Origin: Polyangiaceae bacterium
GTDB taxonomy: Bacteria > Myxococcota_A > Polyangia > Polyangiales > Polyangiaceae
Length of the DNA stretch: 64,000 nt
NCBI GenBank assembly: GCA_036490515.1
Contig: DASXDU010000039.1
Span: forward strand, 4,140 to 68,139
Direction of reading: 5' to 3'
Positions 31,615-39,806 of this stretch are shown one piece after another (position 1 is the stretch's first letter; the number at the start of each line of letters is the position of its first letter). A program made the position numbers and the translations under genes. Below the pieces are notes generated by a model that searched no databases, had not been told where the DNA came from, and saw only the letters and a program-made list of their open reading frames with translations.

Positions 31615-32442
31615 ATGCGCGTCACGTTCTCGCCGGGCGTTGCCCTGGCGCTCTTCTCCACGATCCTCGTCGCGTGCTCGGGCGCCGCTCCCGAGGACAG
31701 CTCCCGGACGTCCGAAGGCCTCAACGCGACCTTCGCGCCCTACGCCGCCAAGGCCCCCTCCTTCGTCACGATCGCCGCGTCCACCAAGGGCGGCTACGAC
31801 GTCACGCCCGCCAACTCCTCGGCCGGCGCGTCCCACGTCGCCGCGCTCGACTTCTCGCGCTCCGGCTTCGACGCGTCCACCGTCGCCGTCGTGACCTCGG
31901 CCCCCACCGGCGAGGTGCTCCTCGAGGGCACCGTCGCGACGAGCACCCTCTACGTCACGGGCGCCTACCGCGGGATGCCCGGCATCACGCACGAGGCCAG
32001 CGCCACGTTCTACGAGGTGAGCGCGTCGGTCGGCCACGCGCTCAACGAGAAGGTCACCCGCACCCTCGACGGCATCGACGTCTCGGCCGCGACCGCGCCC
32101 TTCGTCTCGGCTTCATGGCTCGAGAACGAGGTCGCGAACAAGGGAGCGGTCGTCGCGGGCCACGTGACGCAGGCGACCAAGACGCTCACCGCGCAGCAGG
32201 TCTACGTCGCCCTGCCGTACGTCGGCGGGCCGTGCGTCGTCTCGGGCAACGTGTGCCCCGGGGGCGAGGTCCCCTCGTTCTCGCGCGACGAGAACCTCTG
32301 CTACGACTTCGCCGGCTGCGTCACGCCGGGCGTCTGCCCGCTGTACGTGCCGGAGTGCCCGGCCGGGTACGATCTCGCGTCGTGGGTCGCGCAGCCCAGC
32401 GCATGCCACCAGTACTCCTGCGAGCCGTCCTTCCTGCACTGA
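31615..32442 (+). CDS. Hypothetical lipoprotein with Cys-rich C-terminus
   Basis: 275-aa ORF with lipobox ILVACS and normal composition. The last 70 residues hold 9 Cys. Confidence 0.65.
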   Translation: MRVTFSPGVALALFSTILVACSGAAPEDSSRTSEGLNATFAPYAAKAPSFVTIAASTKGGYDVTPANSSAGASHVAALDFSRSGFDASTVAVVTSAPTGEVLLEGTVATSTLYVTGAYRGMPGITHEASATFYEVSASVGHALNEKVTRTLDGIDVSAATAPFVSASWLENEVANKGAVVAGHVTQATKTLTAQQVYVALPYVGGPCVVSGNVCPGGEVPSFSRDENLCYDFAGCVTPGVCPLYVPECPAGYDLASWVAQPSACHQYSCEPSFLH

Positions 32443-32800
32443 CGGGCCGACACCTCGGCTCCCCGAGCCACCGCCTCATCTCGCCGGGCAGCACCCCGGC
32501 TCGCGGAGCCGAGGCCTTGGCTCGCCCGGCCGACACCCCTCTGCGCGAGGCCACCGCTTCGCCTCGACGAGCCGGCGCCCGAGGACGCCCTCCCGGAGGC
32601 CGGCACCGCGCCGGGAAGGCCCCAGGTGTGGCATCCCAGGCGTGAGGCGCACGCTCTGCCGGGCGGCCGGAACGAGCCGCCATGGCTGCGCTCCACGCGA
32701 TACCGCATGGATGCAGGCGGGCTCTCCCTTCCCCGGAGGCGTAGGACCTGGCGCTCGAGGCCCTCGCGAGTTGGCGCGCGGCCTGCACCATAGGGAGGCC

Positions 32801-32995
32801 ATGGAACGGATAGAGCCCGCCAGGGACGCGAACGTCGGCAGCCAGGGGCGCTACGTCGACGAGGACGCCGACGAGGACTGCGCGATCGCGCCGCTCTCGA
32901 AGCGTGACGTCGTCGAGGCCTTCGCCCGTGTCTCGCGCTTCGCGGCCGCCAGCGCGCGGATGGCCGACCGGATGGCCCGCGCCAAGTCTGCCTAG
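32801..32995 (+). CDS. Possible small acidic protein (64 aa)
   Basis: ATG 32801 lies 2 nt after GGGAGG (32793-32798), inside track ORF 32642..32995. No family recognised. Coding status uncertain. Confidence 0.3.
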   Translation: MERIEPARDANVGSQGRYVDEDADEDCAIAPLSKRDVVEAFARVSRFAAASARMADRMARAKSA

Positions 32996-33075
32996 TCGGC
33001 CTGGTCTGCTTCGTCTGCCTCGTCTGCTTGGTCTGCCTCGTCTGCTTGGTCTGCTTCGTCTGCCTGGTCTTCTGC
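32986..33075. repeat. 9-bp tandem repeat GTCTGC(C/T)T(C/G), 10 units
   Basis: Read directly: gtctgccta gtcggcctg gtctgcttc gtctgcctc gtctgcttg gtctgcctc gtctgcttg gtctgcttc gtctgcctg gtcttctgc. Confidence 0.95.
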
Positions 33076-33141
33076 TCTTGCTTCCCCCATCGCAGGTGCG
33101 CCCGGCGGCTCCGGGATCCGAAAGGGTGCCGATGAGGCCCG

Positions 33142-33169
33142 CGGGGTTCGACTCCCCGGCTTGCGACCG
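33142..33169 (+). other. tRNA-like 3-prime fragment (T-arm plus acceptor strand)
   Basis: CGGGG-TTCGACT-CCCCG (5-bp stem, 7-nt TPsiC-type loop), followed by GCTTGCG-A-CCG. No complete cloverleaf can be folded upstream. Confidence 0.35.
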
Positions 33170-33175
33170 CCGCGA

Positions 33176-33215
33176 TCCCGATTGAGACCGAACGCCACCC
33201 GCGCCCGCGCCCGCG
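33176..33215 (+). repeat. 40-bp direct repeat, copy A (CGATTGAGACCGAACGCC + GCCCGC units)
   Basis: tcccgattgagaccgaacgccacccgcgcccgcgcccgcg matches 34001-34040 at 36/40 positions. It abuts the stop codon of the 33216..33887 gene. Confidence 0.9.
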
Positions 33216-33887
33216 TTACTCGCCGCACTCCTCGAAGAGGACGTCCGCCTCGCCGTCGCACGAGGGAGCCACGCCGCCCGTGGCGACGAGCGGGACCTGG
33301 GGGCACGAGACGTGTCCCCAGATGCGGCCCGCCGCGATGGCGGGCGAGTCGGGCACCGGATTGCCCTCGTACGTGAAGGTCAGCGTGCAGTTCGTGGCCG
33401 TCGCCGGCGCGGTCTGGGATGACTGCCAGACGACCGTGAGCGCGTCGTCGCCCCCTCCACCACCGGCGACGACGGGCGACGTCGAGGTCACCGTCAACGC
33501 GCCGCCGCTCCCCGAGGCCGCGAGCGACAGATCGAACCCGGCCCCGTCCGGATGCACGGTGCAGGCGACCTGGTCGCCCGCGTGCCCGTCCGCGACGGTG
33601 CTCGGGCGCATGGTCGTCGCGTGCCCGAGGACGAACGCGGGATCGTTGCAAAGCGTCGCCGAGACGAACGCGTCCGGCGGGACGACGCACCCGCCGTCGG
33701 CCCCCACCGTGCACTCCCCGCCGTCCACTCCGGAGTCCGCTCCCTCGCCGGCCGCAGCATCCTCCCCCGTGCCGCCGTCATTGCCCGTGGCGTGCGCCCC
33801 GCTGGAGCTCGAGCAGCCAGCCGCAGCAGCCGCGAGCAGCGACGTCATCGCGAGCACCGTCCACCTCGTCGACAACCCTCGGTCCAT
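33216..33887 (-). CDS. Hypothetical lipoprotein (Cys-containing beta-type domain)
   Basis: Distal 223 codons of track ORF 33216..34310(-), ATG 33887 (MDRGLSTRWTVLAMTSLLAAAAAGCS). The upstream part of the ORF is poly-Gly/Arg junk across a pyrimidine tract. Confidence 0.7.
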   Translation of the reverse strand: MDRGLSTRWTVLAMTSLLAAAAAGCSSSSGAHATGNDGGTGEDAAAGEGADSGVDGGECTVGADGGCVVPPDAFVSATLCNDPAFVLGHATTMRPSTVADGHAGDQVACTVHPDGAGFDLSLAASGSGGALTVTSTSPVVAGGGGGDDALTVVWQSSQTAPATATNCTLTFTYEGNPVPDSPAIAAGRIWGHVSCPQVPLVATGGVAPSCDGEADVLFEECGE

Positions 33888-34000
33888 CCCCCACACGTAG
33901 CAGCACCCCGCCCAGATGCCCGAGCGGCTGCCCCGGCCTTGCGACAGGTCAAGAGGGCCGGGACAACCGGGGTGGGGCTGCCCCGACGAGACCGCCTGCC

Positions 34001-34040
34001 TCTCGATTGAGACCGAACGCCGCCCGCGCCCACGCCCACG
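34001..34040 (+). repeat. 40-bp direct repeat, copy B
   Basis: tctcgattgagaccgaacgccgcccgcgcccacgcccacg. Lies 114 nt upstream of the lipoprotein start and 158 nt upstream of gap. Confidence 0.9.
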
Positions 34041-34197
34041 CTCGCGCCCGCGCCCATTCCACGTTCCCATTCCCTGTTCCCGTGTTCGTCCTCTCCTCCC
34101 CCCCGCCTTGCCCCCTCCCCCTGCCCCGACTACCTTCCCGCACCCCTTTCCCATCCCCCCTCCCCCTCCTCCCCTCCCTCCCAGGAGCACCTCTTCC

Positions 34198-35214
34198 ATG
34201 GCCACGAAGATCGCCATCAACGGCTTCGGTCGCATCGGTCGCTGCATCGTCCGCGCGATGGCGGAGCGCGGCGTGAAGGACCTCGAGCTCGTCGCGGTCA
34301 ACGATCTCACCGACGCGAAGACGCTGTCGCACCTCTACAACTTCGACAGCGTCCACGGCCGCGCGCCGCACATGTCCAGGGCCCACGAGGGGGGCATCCA
34401 CTTCGGGCCGTTCCACGCGAAGGTCATCGCCGAGAAGGACCCGACCAAGCTCCCGTGGAAGGAGCTCGGGGTCGACGTCGTCGTCGAGTCGACGGGCCTC
34501 TTCACCGACAAGGAGAAGGCGCAGGCGCACATCGCCGCGGGCGCGAAGAAGGTCATCATCAGCGCGCCGGCCAAGAACCACGACGTCACCGTCGTCCTCG
34601 GCGTCAACACCGAGGCGTACGACCCCGCCAAGCACCACGTCATCTCCTGCGGCTCGTGCACGACCAACTGCCTCGCGCCGGTCGCCAAGGTGCTGCTCGA
34701 CACGTTCGGCCTGCAGCGCGGCCTCATGACGACCGTCCACTCCTACACGAACGACCAGGCCGTCCTCGACATCCCGCACCGCAAGGGCGATCTCCGCCGG
34801 GCGCGCGCCGCCGCCGTCAACATGATCCCGACGAGCACCGGCGCGGCGAAGGCGCTGGCCGAGGTCATTCCGCAGCTCAAGGGCAAGTTCGACGGACAGT
34901 CGATCCGCGTGCCGACGATGGACGTCAGCGTCATCGACCTCACCTTCGAGACCGACAAGCCCGTGACGAAGGAGTCGATCCACGCGGCGATGAAGGCCGC
35001 GGCCGAGGGCCCGATGAAGAACATCCTCGAGTACGTCGAGCTCCCGCTCGTCTCGGGCGACTACATCGGCAGCCCGTACTCGTCGAGCTTCGACGCGACC
35101 CTGACGCAGACCATCGGCGACCGGTTCGCCAAGGTCTTCTCCTGGTACGACAACGAGTGGGGCTTCTCGAACCGCATGGTCGAGCTCACGCAGCTCGTCG
35201 GCTCGAGGCTCTAG
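34198..35214 (+). CDS. gap: Glyceraldehyde-3-phosphate dehydrogenase (type I)
   Basis: Distal part of track ORF 33916..35214(+). ATG 34198 lies 10 nt after AGGAG. INGFGRIGR, SCTTNCLAP, WYDNEWGFS. Confidence 0.97.
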   Translation: MATKIAINGFGRIGRCIVRAMAERGVKDLELVAVNDLTDAKTLSHLYNFDSVHGRAPHMSRAHEGGIHFGPFHAKVIAEKDPTKLPWKELGVDVVVESTGLFTDKEKAQAHIAAGAKKVIISAPAKNHDVTVVLGVNTEAYDPAKHHVISCGSCTTNCLAPVAKVLLDTFGLQRGLMTTVHSYTNDQAVLDIPHRKGDLRRARAAAVNMIPTSTGAAKALAEVIPQLKGKFDGQSIRVPTMDVSVIDLTFETDKPVTKESIHAAMKAAAEGPMKNILEYVELPLVSGDYIGSPYSSSFDATLTQTIGDRFAKVFSWYDNEWGFSNRMVELTQLVGSRL

Positions 35215-35217
35215 GCC

Positions 35218-36441
35218 GTGGCGTCGCCGCTCCAGGGCATCCTCTCGATCGAGGAGCTCCCGGTCGAGAACAAGCGCGTCTTCCTCCGCGTGGACTTCAA
35301 CGTCCCGCTCGAGGGGTCGACGATCACCGACGACTCGCGCATCCGCGAGGCGCTGCCGACCATCCAGCACGCGCTCGGCCGCGGGGCGCGACTGGTCTGC
35401 GCGAGCCACCTCGGAAGGCCCAAGAAGGGGCCCGACCCGAAGTACTCGCTCGAGCCGTGCGCCCTGCGCCTGGCCGAGCTCCTCGGGCAGGACGTCACCC
35501 TCCCCGAGGACTGCGTCGGCGACGCGGCGAAGAAGGTCGTCTTCGATCTTCGCGGCGGGCAGGTATGCCTCCTCGAGAACCTGCGTTTCCACCCGGAGGA
35601 AGAGGCCGACGACGAGGGCTTCTGCCGCGAGCTCGCGAAGCTCGCCGACGTGTACGTCGACGACGCGTTCGGCGCGGTCCACAGGGCGCACGCGAGCGTC
35701 CACGGGCTGGCGAAGCTCTACCGGGAGCGCGGCTGCGGCTACCTCCTCAAGAAGGAGATCGCCGCGCTCGGGCAGATCGTCTCGGCGCCGGACAAACCGT
35801 ACGTGGCCATCCTCGGCGGCGCGAAGGTGAGCGACAAGATCGCGGTGGTCGAGTCGCTCCTCGAGAAGGTGAACGCGCTCGTCATCGGCGGGGCGATGGC
35901 CAACACGTTCCTCGCCGCCAAAGGCAAGAACATGCAGGCGTCGAAGGTCGAGGGGGACAAGCTCGCCCTCGCGCGGACCCTGCTCGAGAAGGCGCAGGCC
36001 AAGGGCGTCGAGGTGCTGCTCCCGGTCGACGTGGTCGTCGCCGCGAGCACCGAGGCGCAGTCGGGCGAGGCCGAGACGGTGAGCGTCGACGCGGTGCCGG
36101 CCGGAAAGATGGCGCTCGACGTGGGCCCGAAGAGCGTCGCGGCCTTCACGAAGCGGTTCGGCGACGCGAAGACGATCTTCTGGAACGGGCCGATGGGCCT
36201 CTTCGAGAAGGCGCCGTTCGCGGAGGGGACGTTCGCGGTGGCGCGGGCCATGGCCGCGTCGACGGCCTTCACGGTCGTCGGGGGCGGCGACAGCGCCGCG
36301 GCGGTCCACGCCGCGGGCGGGGACACGGCGAGCAAGATGAAGCACATCTCGACGGGCGGCGGAGCGTCGCTCGAGCTCGTCGAGGGGAAGAAGCTGCCGG
36401 GCATCGAGGTTCTGCGGGGAGGCGAGAGTGCATCCCACTAG
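35218..36441 (+). CDS. pgk: Phosphoglycerate kinase
   Basis: 407-aa ORF with a GTG start. RVDFNVPL, SHLGRPK, GGAKVSDKI, FWNGPMG, STGGGASLE. Confidence 0.97.
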   Translation: MASPLQGILSIEELPVENKRVFLRVDFNVPLEGSTITDDSRIREALPTIQHALGRGARLVCASHLGRPKKGPDPKYSLEPCALRLAELLGQDVTLPEDCVGDAAKKVVFDLRGGQVCLLENLRFHPEEEADDEGFCRELAKLADVYVDDAFGAVHRAHASVHGLAKLYRERGCGYLLKKEIAALGQIVSAPDKPYVAILGGAKVSDKIAVVESLLEKVNALVIGGAMANTFLAAKGKNMQASKVEGDKLALARTLLEKAQAKGVEVLLPVDVVVAASTEAQSGEAETVSVDAVPAGKMALDVGPKSVAAFTKRFGDAKTIFWNGPMGLFEKAPFAEGTFAVARAMAASTAFTVVGGGDSAAAVHAAGGDTASKMKHISTGGGASLELVEGKKLPGIEVLRGGESASH

Positions 36442-37201
36442 GCGTCCCCTCATCGCCGGCAACTGGAAGATGCACCACGGCGGGGCCTCCGGCGTGGAGC
36501 TCGCCGGGGAGGTGGTTCGCGCCGCGCCGCAGTCGCTCCACGTCGACGTGGTCATCGCGCCGCCGTTCACGGCGCTCGCGGCCTGCGCGCACGAGTGCGA
36601 CGGGTCGCGGGTCGAGGTCGCGGCGCAGAACGTCTACCCGCGCGACGCGGGTGCCTTCACGGGCGAGGTCAGCCCGCGGATGCTCGTCGAGGCGGGCTGC
36701 ACGTGGGTCATCGTGGGCCACAGCGAGCGCCGGCAGCACTTCGGCGAGACGGACGCCTTCGTGGCCGAGAAGGTCGCCGCCGCGATGAAGGCCGGGCTGA
36801 CCCCCATCGTCTGCGTGGGCGAGACGCTCGAGGAGCGCGAGGCCGGGCGGACGCTCGAGATCGTGGAGCGCCACGTCCGGGGCTTCCTGGGCATCCTGGC
36901 GGGCGCCCCGGGGCCGGCGGCCATCGCCTACGAGCCCGTCTGGGCCATCGGAACGGGCCGGAATGCCGGCCCGGCCGAGGCGCAGGAGGTGCACCTGGCC
37001 ATCCGGCGCTGGCTGGCCCAGTCGTCCGAGGCGCTGGCGTCGGGGACGCGCATCCTCTATGGAGGGTCGGTCAAGCCCGACAACGCACGCGAACTTCTCG
37101 CCGCTCCCGACGTGGACGGGGCCCTCGTTGGCGGCGCGAGCCTGGATGGGGCATCCTTCGCCGCCATCGTCAGGGCCGCCGAAACGCTGGCCGCCCGCTA
37201 G
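36428..37201 (+). CDS. tpiA: Triose-phosphate isomerase
   Basis: 257-aa ORF. GTG start overlaps the pgk end by 14 nt. IAGNWKMH, VIVGHSERR, AYEPVWAIGTG, YGGSV. Confidence 0.96.
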   Translation: MHPTRRPLIAGNWKMHHGGASGVELAGEVVRAAPQSLHVDVVIAPPFTALAACAHECDGSRVEVAAQNVYPRDAGAFTGEVSPRMLVEAGCTWVIVGHSERRQHFGETDAFVAEKVAAAMKAGLTPIVCVGETLEEREAGRTLEIVERHVRGFLGILAGAPGPAAIAYEPVWAIGTGRNAGPAEAQEVHLAIRRWLAQSSEALASGTRILYGGSVKPDNARELLAAPDVDGALVGGASLDGASFAAIVRAAETLAAR

Positions 37202-37237
37202 CCAGCCCGCCAGAGAGATTTCCCCGAGGAAAAGCCG

Positions 37238-37642
37238 ATGATCACCACGCTGCTCGACATCCTGCACATCGGCGTCTGCGCCTTCCTCATGCTCGTCGTG
37301 CTCCTCCAGCAGGGGAAGAGCGGCGGCATGGGCGCGGCGTTCGGCGGCGGGGCGACCCAGCAGGTCTTCGGCGGCCGCGGGGCGGGCAACATCCTCACGC
37401 GCGCCACGGCCATCTGCGCGGCGATCTTCATGCTCACGAGCGTCTCGCTCGCCTACGTGTCGTCCAGCGGCGACCGCGAGCTCAAGTCCCGCATGATCGA
37501 GGAGCAGCGCAAGGGCAAGGGCACCGAGGGCACCAAGGTCAAGGCCACGAAGACCGCCCCCTCCGCCGCCCCCGCCGGCGCCGGTGCGCCCCCCGCACCG
37601 GCCCCCGCTCCCTCTCCGGCGCCTCCCGCCTCCGCCCCCTGA
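37238..37642 (+). CDS. secG: Preprotein translocase subunit SecG with Pro/Ala-rich C-terminal extension
   Basis: 134-aa ORF. LLQQGKSGGMGAAFGG..QQVFG plus a second TM helix is the SecG signature. Position after tpiA is conserved. Confidence 0.88.
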   Translation: MITTLLDILHIGVCAFLMLVVLLQQGKSGGMGAAFGGGATQQVFGGRGAGNILTRATAICAAIFMLTSVSLAYVSSSGDRELKSRMIEEQRKGKGTEGTKVKATKTAPSAAPAGAGAPPAPAPAPSPAPPASAP

Positions 37643-37663
37643 CGCCCCCGCGGCCCCGGCTCC

Positions 37664-39004
37664 ATGAGTGGAGAGCCGCAAAGCCGCAAAGCCGCGAAGA
37701 TGGGTCTTCCGGCGCTCCATTCTCGCTCCGTCGACGCGGCGCTGCTCGTTGCGGTGAAGCTCGCGATCGGCGCGTGGGTGCTCCACCAGGGGTTCACGCA
37801 CGTCTCGGACGACGACTACGCGCGGACCGTGATCGCGGAGCAGTTCGCGCATGCGCCGAGGCTCGACCCGAGCGGGACGAGCTGGCTGCCGTTTCCGTTC
37901 TGGCTCGAGGGGGCCGTCATGGCCGTCGCGGGGACCTCGCTCGGGGTCGCGCGGGCGATCGCGACGACGCTCGGCGCGGCGAGCGTCGCGGCGCCGTACC
38001 TCGCGATGCGCGCGGTGGGCGTGCGACGCTGGGCCGCCGTCGCGGCGACGGCCGTCGCGATGGCCCTCCCCTGGAACGCGTGGCTCGGCGTGGCCACGGT
38101 CCCGGAGGCGTGGTTCGGCGCGCTCGTCGCCGCGGCGGCGATCCTCCTCGGGCGACCCGGGACGCGGGCATGGTCCGCCGGCGCGCTCCTCGTGGCGTCG
38201 CTGTGCCGGTACGAGGCGTGGCCCGTCTGCGCGCTCGCGGCCCTCCTCTGCGCGTGGTCGGCGGACGACGGGGGTCACCGGCGCCGCGACGTCCCGGCGA
38301 TCGTGGCGGCGGCCGCCGGGCCGATCGCGTGGATGGCGTGGAATGCCCACGCCCACGGGAGCCCGTTCCACTTCCTCTCGCGCGTCGCCACGTTCCGCCA
38401 CGCCGTCGGCGCGGCCGACGCGTCGCTCGTCGAGAAGCTCTTCACGTACCCCGTCTCGCTCCTCGAGGAGACCCCCGAGGTCGCGCTCCTCGGCATCGTG
38501 GGCCTCGCCGGCCTCGCGCTCCCCGAGGTCCGCGCGCGCTGGAAGTGGGCGGCGGTCGCCGCCGCGACCGTGATGGTCTTCCTCGTGTGGGGAGACCTGA
38601 AGGACGGCGCGCCCACGCATCACCCGGCGCGAGCGCTCGCGGCCCTCTGGTGGGTGCTCTGCGGCATGGGCGTCGACGCCGCGGCGACGTGGCGCGCGGC
38701 GAGGGTGGGGGCGCGGCGCAAGGCGGCCTTCGGCGTGGCGGCCGCAGCGGCGGTCGCGTGGTGCGTGCTCCTGCCCGCGCGGTGGAAGGACGCACCGGGA
38801 CGCTCGCCCGACGAGGATCGGACGGCGCAGATCGCCCGCGGCCTCGATCTGCGCGCGCGTCACGTCGAGCACGCCGAGCTCCGCCCGTGCGCCTTCGAGC
38901 AGTTCGCGCTCCTCGCCGCGTGGGGCGAGCCGGAACGAGCGACCGTGTTCCCGCGTTCGGGAGCCGCCGTCACGGACGAGTGCCCCCGGGTGACCGAGCG
39001 GTGA
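37664..39004 (+). CDS. Polytopic membrane protein, GT-C-type (ArnT/PMT-like) glycosyltransferase candidate
   Basis: 446-aa ORF with about 10 hydrophobic helices. The first loop carries SDDDYAR (an acidic DxD-like motif typical of GT-C enzymes). Confidence 0.55.
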   Translation: MSGEPQSRKAAKMGLPALHSRSVDAALLVAVKLAIGAWVLHQGFTHVSDDDYARTVIAEQFAHAPRLDPSGTSWLPFPFWLEGAVMAVAGTSLGVARAIATTLGAASVAAPYLAMRAVGVRRWAAVAATAVAMALPWNAWLGVATVPEAWFGALVAAAAILLGRPGTRAWSAGALLVASLCRYEAWPVCALAALLCAWSADDGGHRRRDVPAIVAAAAGPIAWMAWNAHAHGSPFHFLSRVATFRHAVGAADASLVEKLFTYPVSLLEETPEVALLGIVGLAGLALPEVRARWKWAAVAAATVMVFLVWGDLKDGAPTHHPARALAALWWVLCGMGVDAAATWRAARVGARRKAAFGVAAAAAVAWCVLLPARWKDAPGRSPDEDRTAQIARGLDLRARHVEHAELRPCAFEQFALLAAWGEPERATVFPRSGAAVTDECPRVTER

Positions 39005-39032
39005 GCGCGACGGGGGACTATCCTCCGTCGGC

Positions 39033-39794
39033 GTGCGCGTCCCCTCCCTCGCCGCCGCCGCTGCCGGCGCCCTCGCGGCGGTCGCGGTGCTCGTCTCGTG
39101 GCGCGACGCCCGCGCGTGAGGCCTCTCGCCGCCCGTCGGTCCGACGGGCCTGCGCTACTGCTCCGGGGACGACGGACCTCGCGACTGGCGCACGGGCGTG
39201 TCTGGAGGCTGGGTGTCGACGCACCTCGAGCTCACCACGTCCGGGGCCACGCACGAGGCGAGCTTCAGCAAGACCGCCGTCACGGCCACGCTCGAGCGTC
39301 GCTTCGGGGATCGCTGGACCTTCGGCGTCGCGGCGGGCTCGACGATCGCGGGGACCCTTCAGCCGCCCGTGTCGACGTACGACGTCTCCCCCGGGCCGCT
39401 CCTGACGCTGACCGGTTCGTACCGCGTGCTCGACGAGGGGGACGTCGCGCCGTTCGTGCTCCTCACGGCATCGCTCGGCGGCGCGCTCGCGTGGACGACG
39501 CCCGCGGGTGGCGCCGCGACGGGAGGCCGGGAGTCGCTCTGGGCGTTCGACGGACGGCTCGGGGTCGCCGCGGGGAAGACCATCGCGCACGTCGTCACTC
39601 CGTACGCGCTGGCGCGTGCGTTCGGGCTGCCGGTCCTCTGGAGGGAGCAGGGCGCCGCGACGACCGGGACGGACGCGTACCACTACCAGCTCGGGGCCGG
39701 CGTCCTGGTCCGCGCGGGGGCGTTCGACGTGGAGATCGAGGGGGTCCCGCTCGGGGAGAAGGCGGTGGTGGGGGGAGCCGGGTGGGCGTTCTGA
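39033..39794 (+). CDS. Outer-membrane beta-barrel protein with in-frame TGA (39117-39119) between signal peptide and barrel; recoding candidate or pseudogene
   Basis: GTG 39033 opens VRVPSLAAAAAGALAAVAVLVSWRDARA, then TGA. The same frame continues into track ORF 39198..39794, which has alternating beta-strand patterns and the terminal ...GGAGWAF. Confidence 0.5.
39131..39149 (+). promoter_or_regulatory. SECIS-like hairpin 11 nt after TGA 39117
   Basis: GCCCGTCG-GTC-CGACGGGC, a perfect 8-bp stem. GGTC lies at 39138-39141. Confidence 0.4.
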
Positions 39795-39806
39795 GGGAAG
39801 GCTAGG

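Noticed and set aside
32443-32800. Degenerate about 45-nt direct repeat (GGCCGACACC...GCCACCGC at 32444 and 32527) in a 358-bp non-coding stretch, considered as a possible ncRNA or repeat element
   Set aside because: Identity is only about 65% beyond two short cores. This is not distinguishable from chance in GC-rich DNA without a statistical search. The three overlapping minus-strand ORFs there are Arg-rich junk.
33091-33166. Intact 76-nt tRNA gene
   Set aside because: The acceptor, D-arm and T-arm can be drawn, but no 5-bp anticodon stem with a 7-nt loop exists between 33116 and 33141. It is reported only as a tRNA-like fragment.
33949-36570. 873-aa ORF antisense to gap and pgk
   Set aside because: It lies opposite two highly conserved glycolytic genes. 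It is a compositional artefact.
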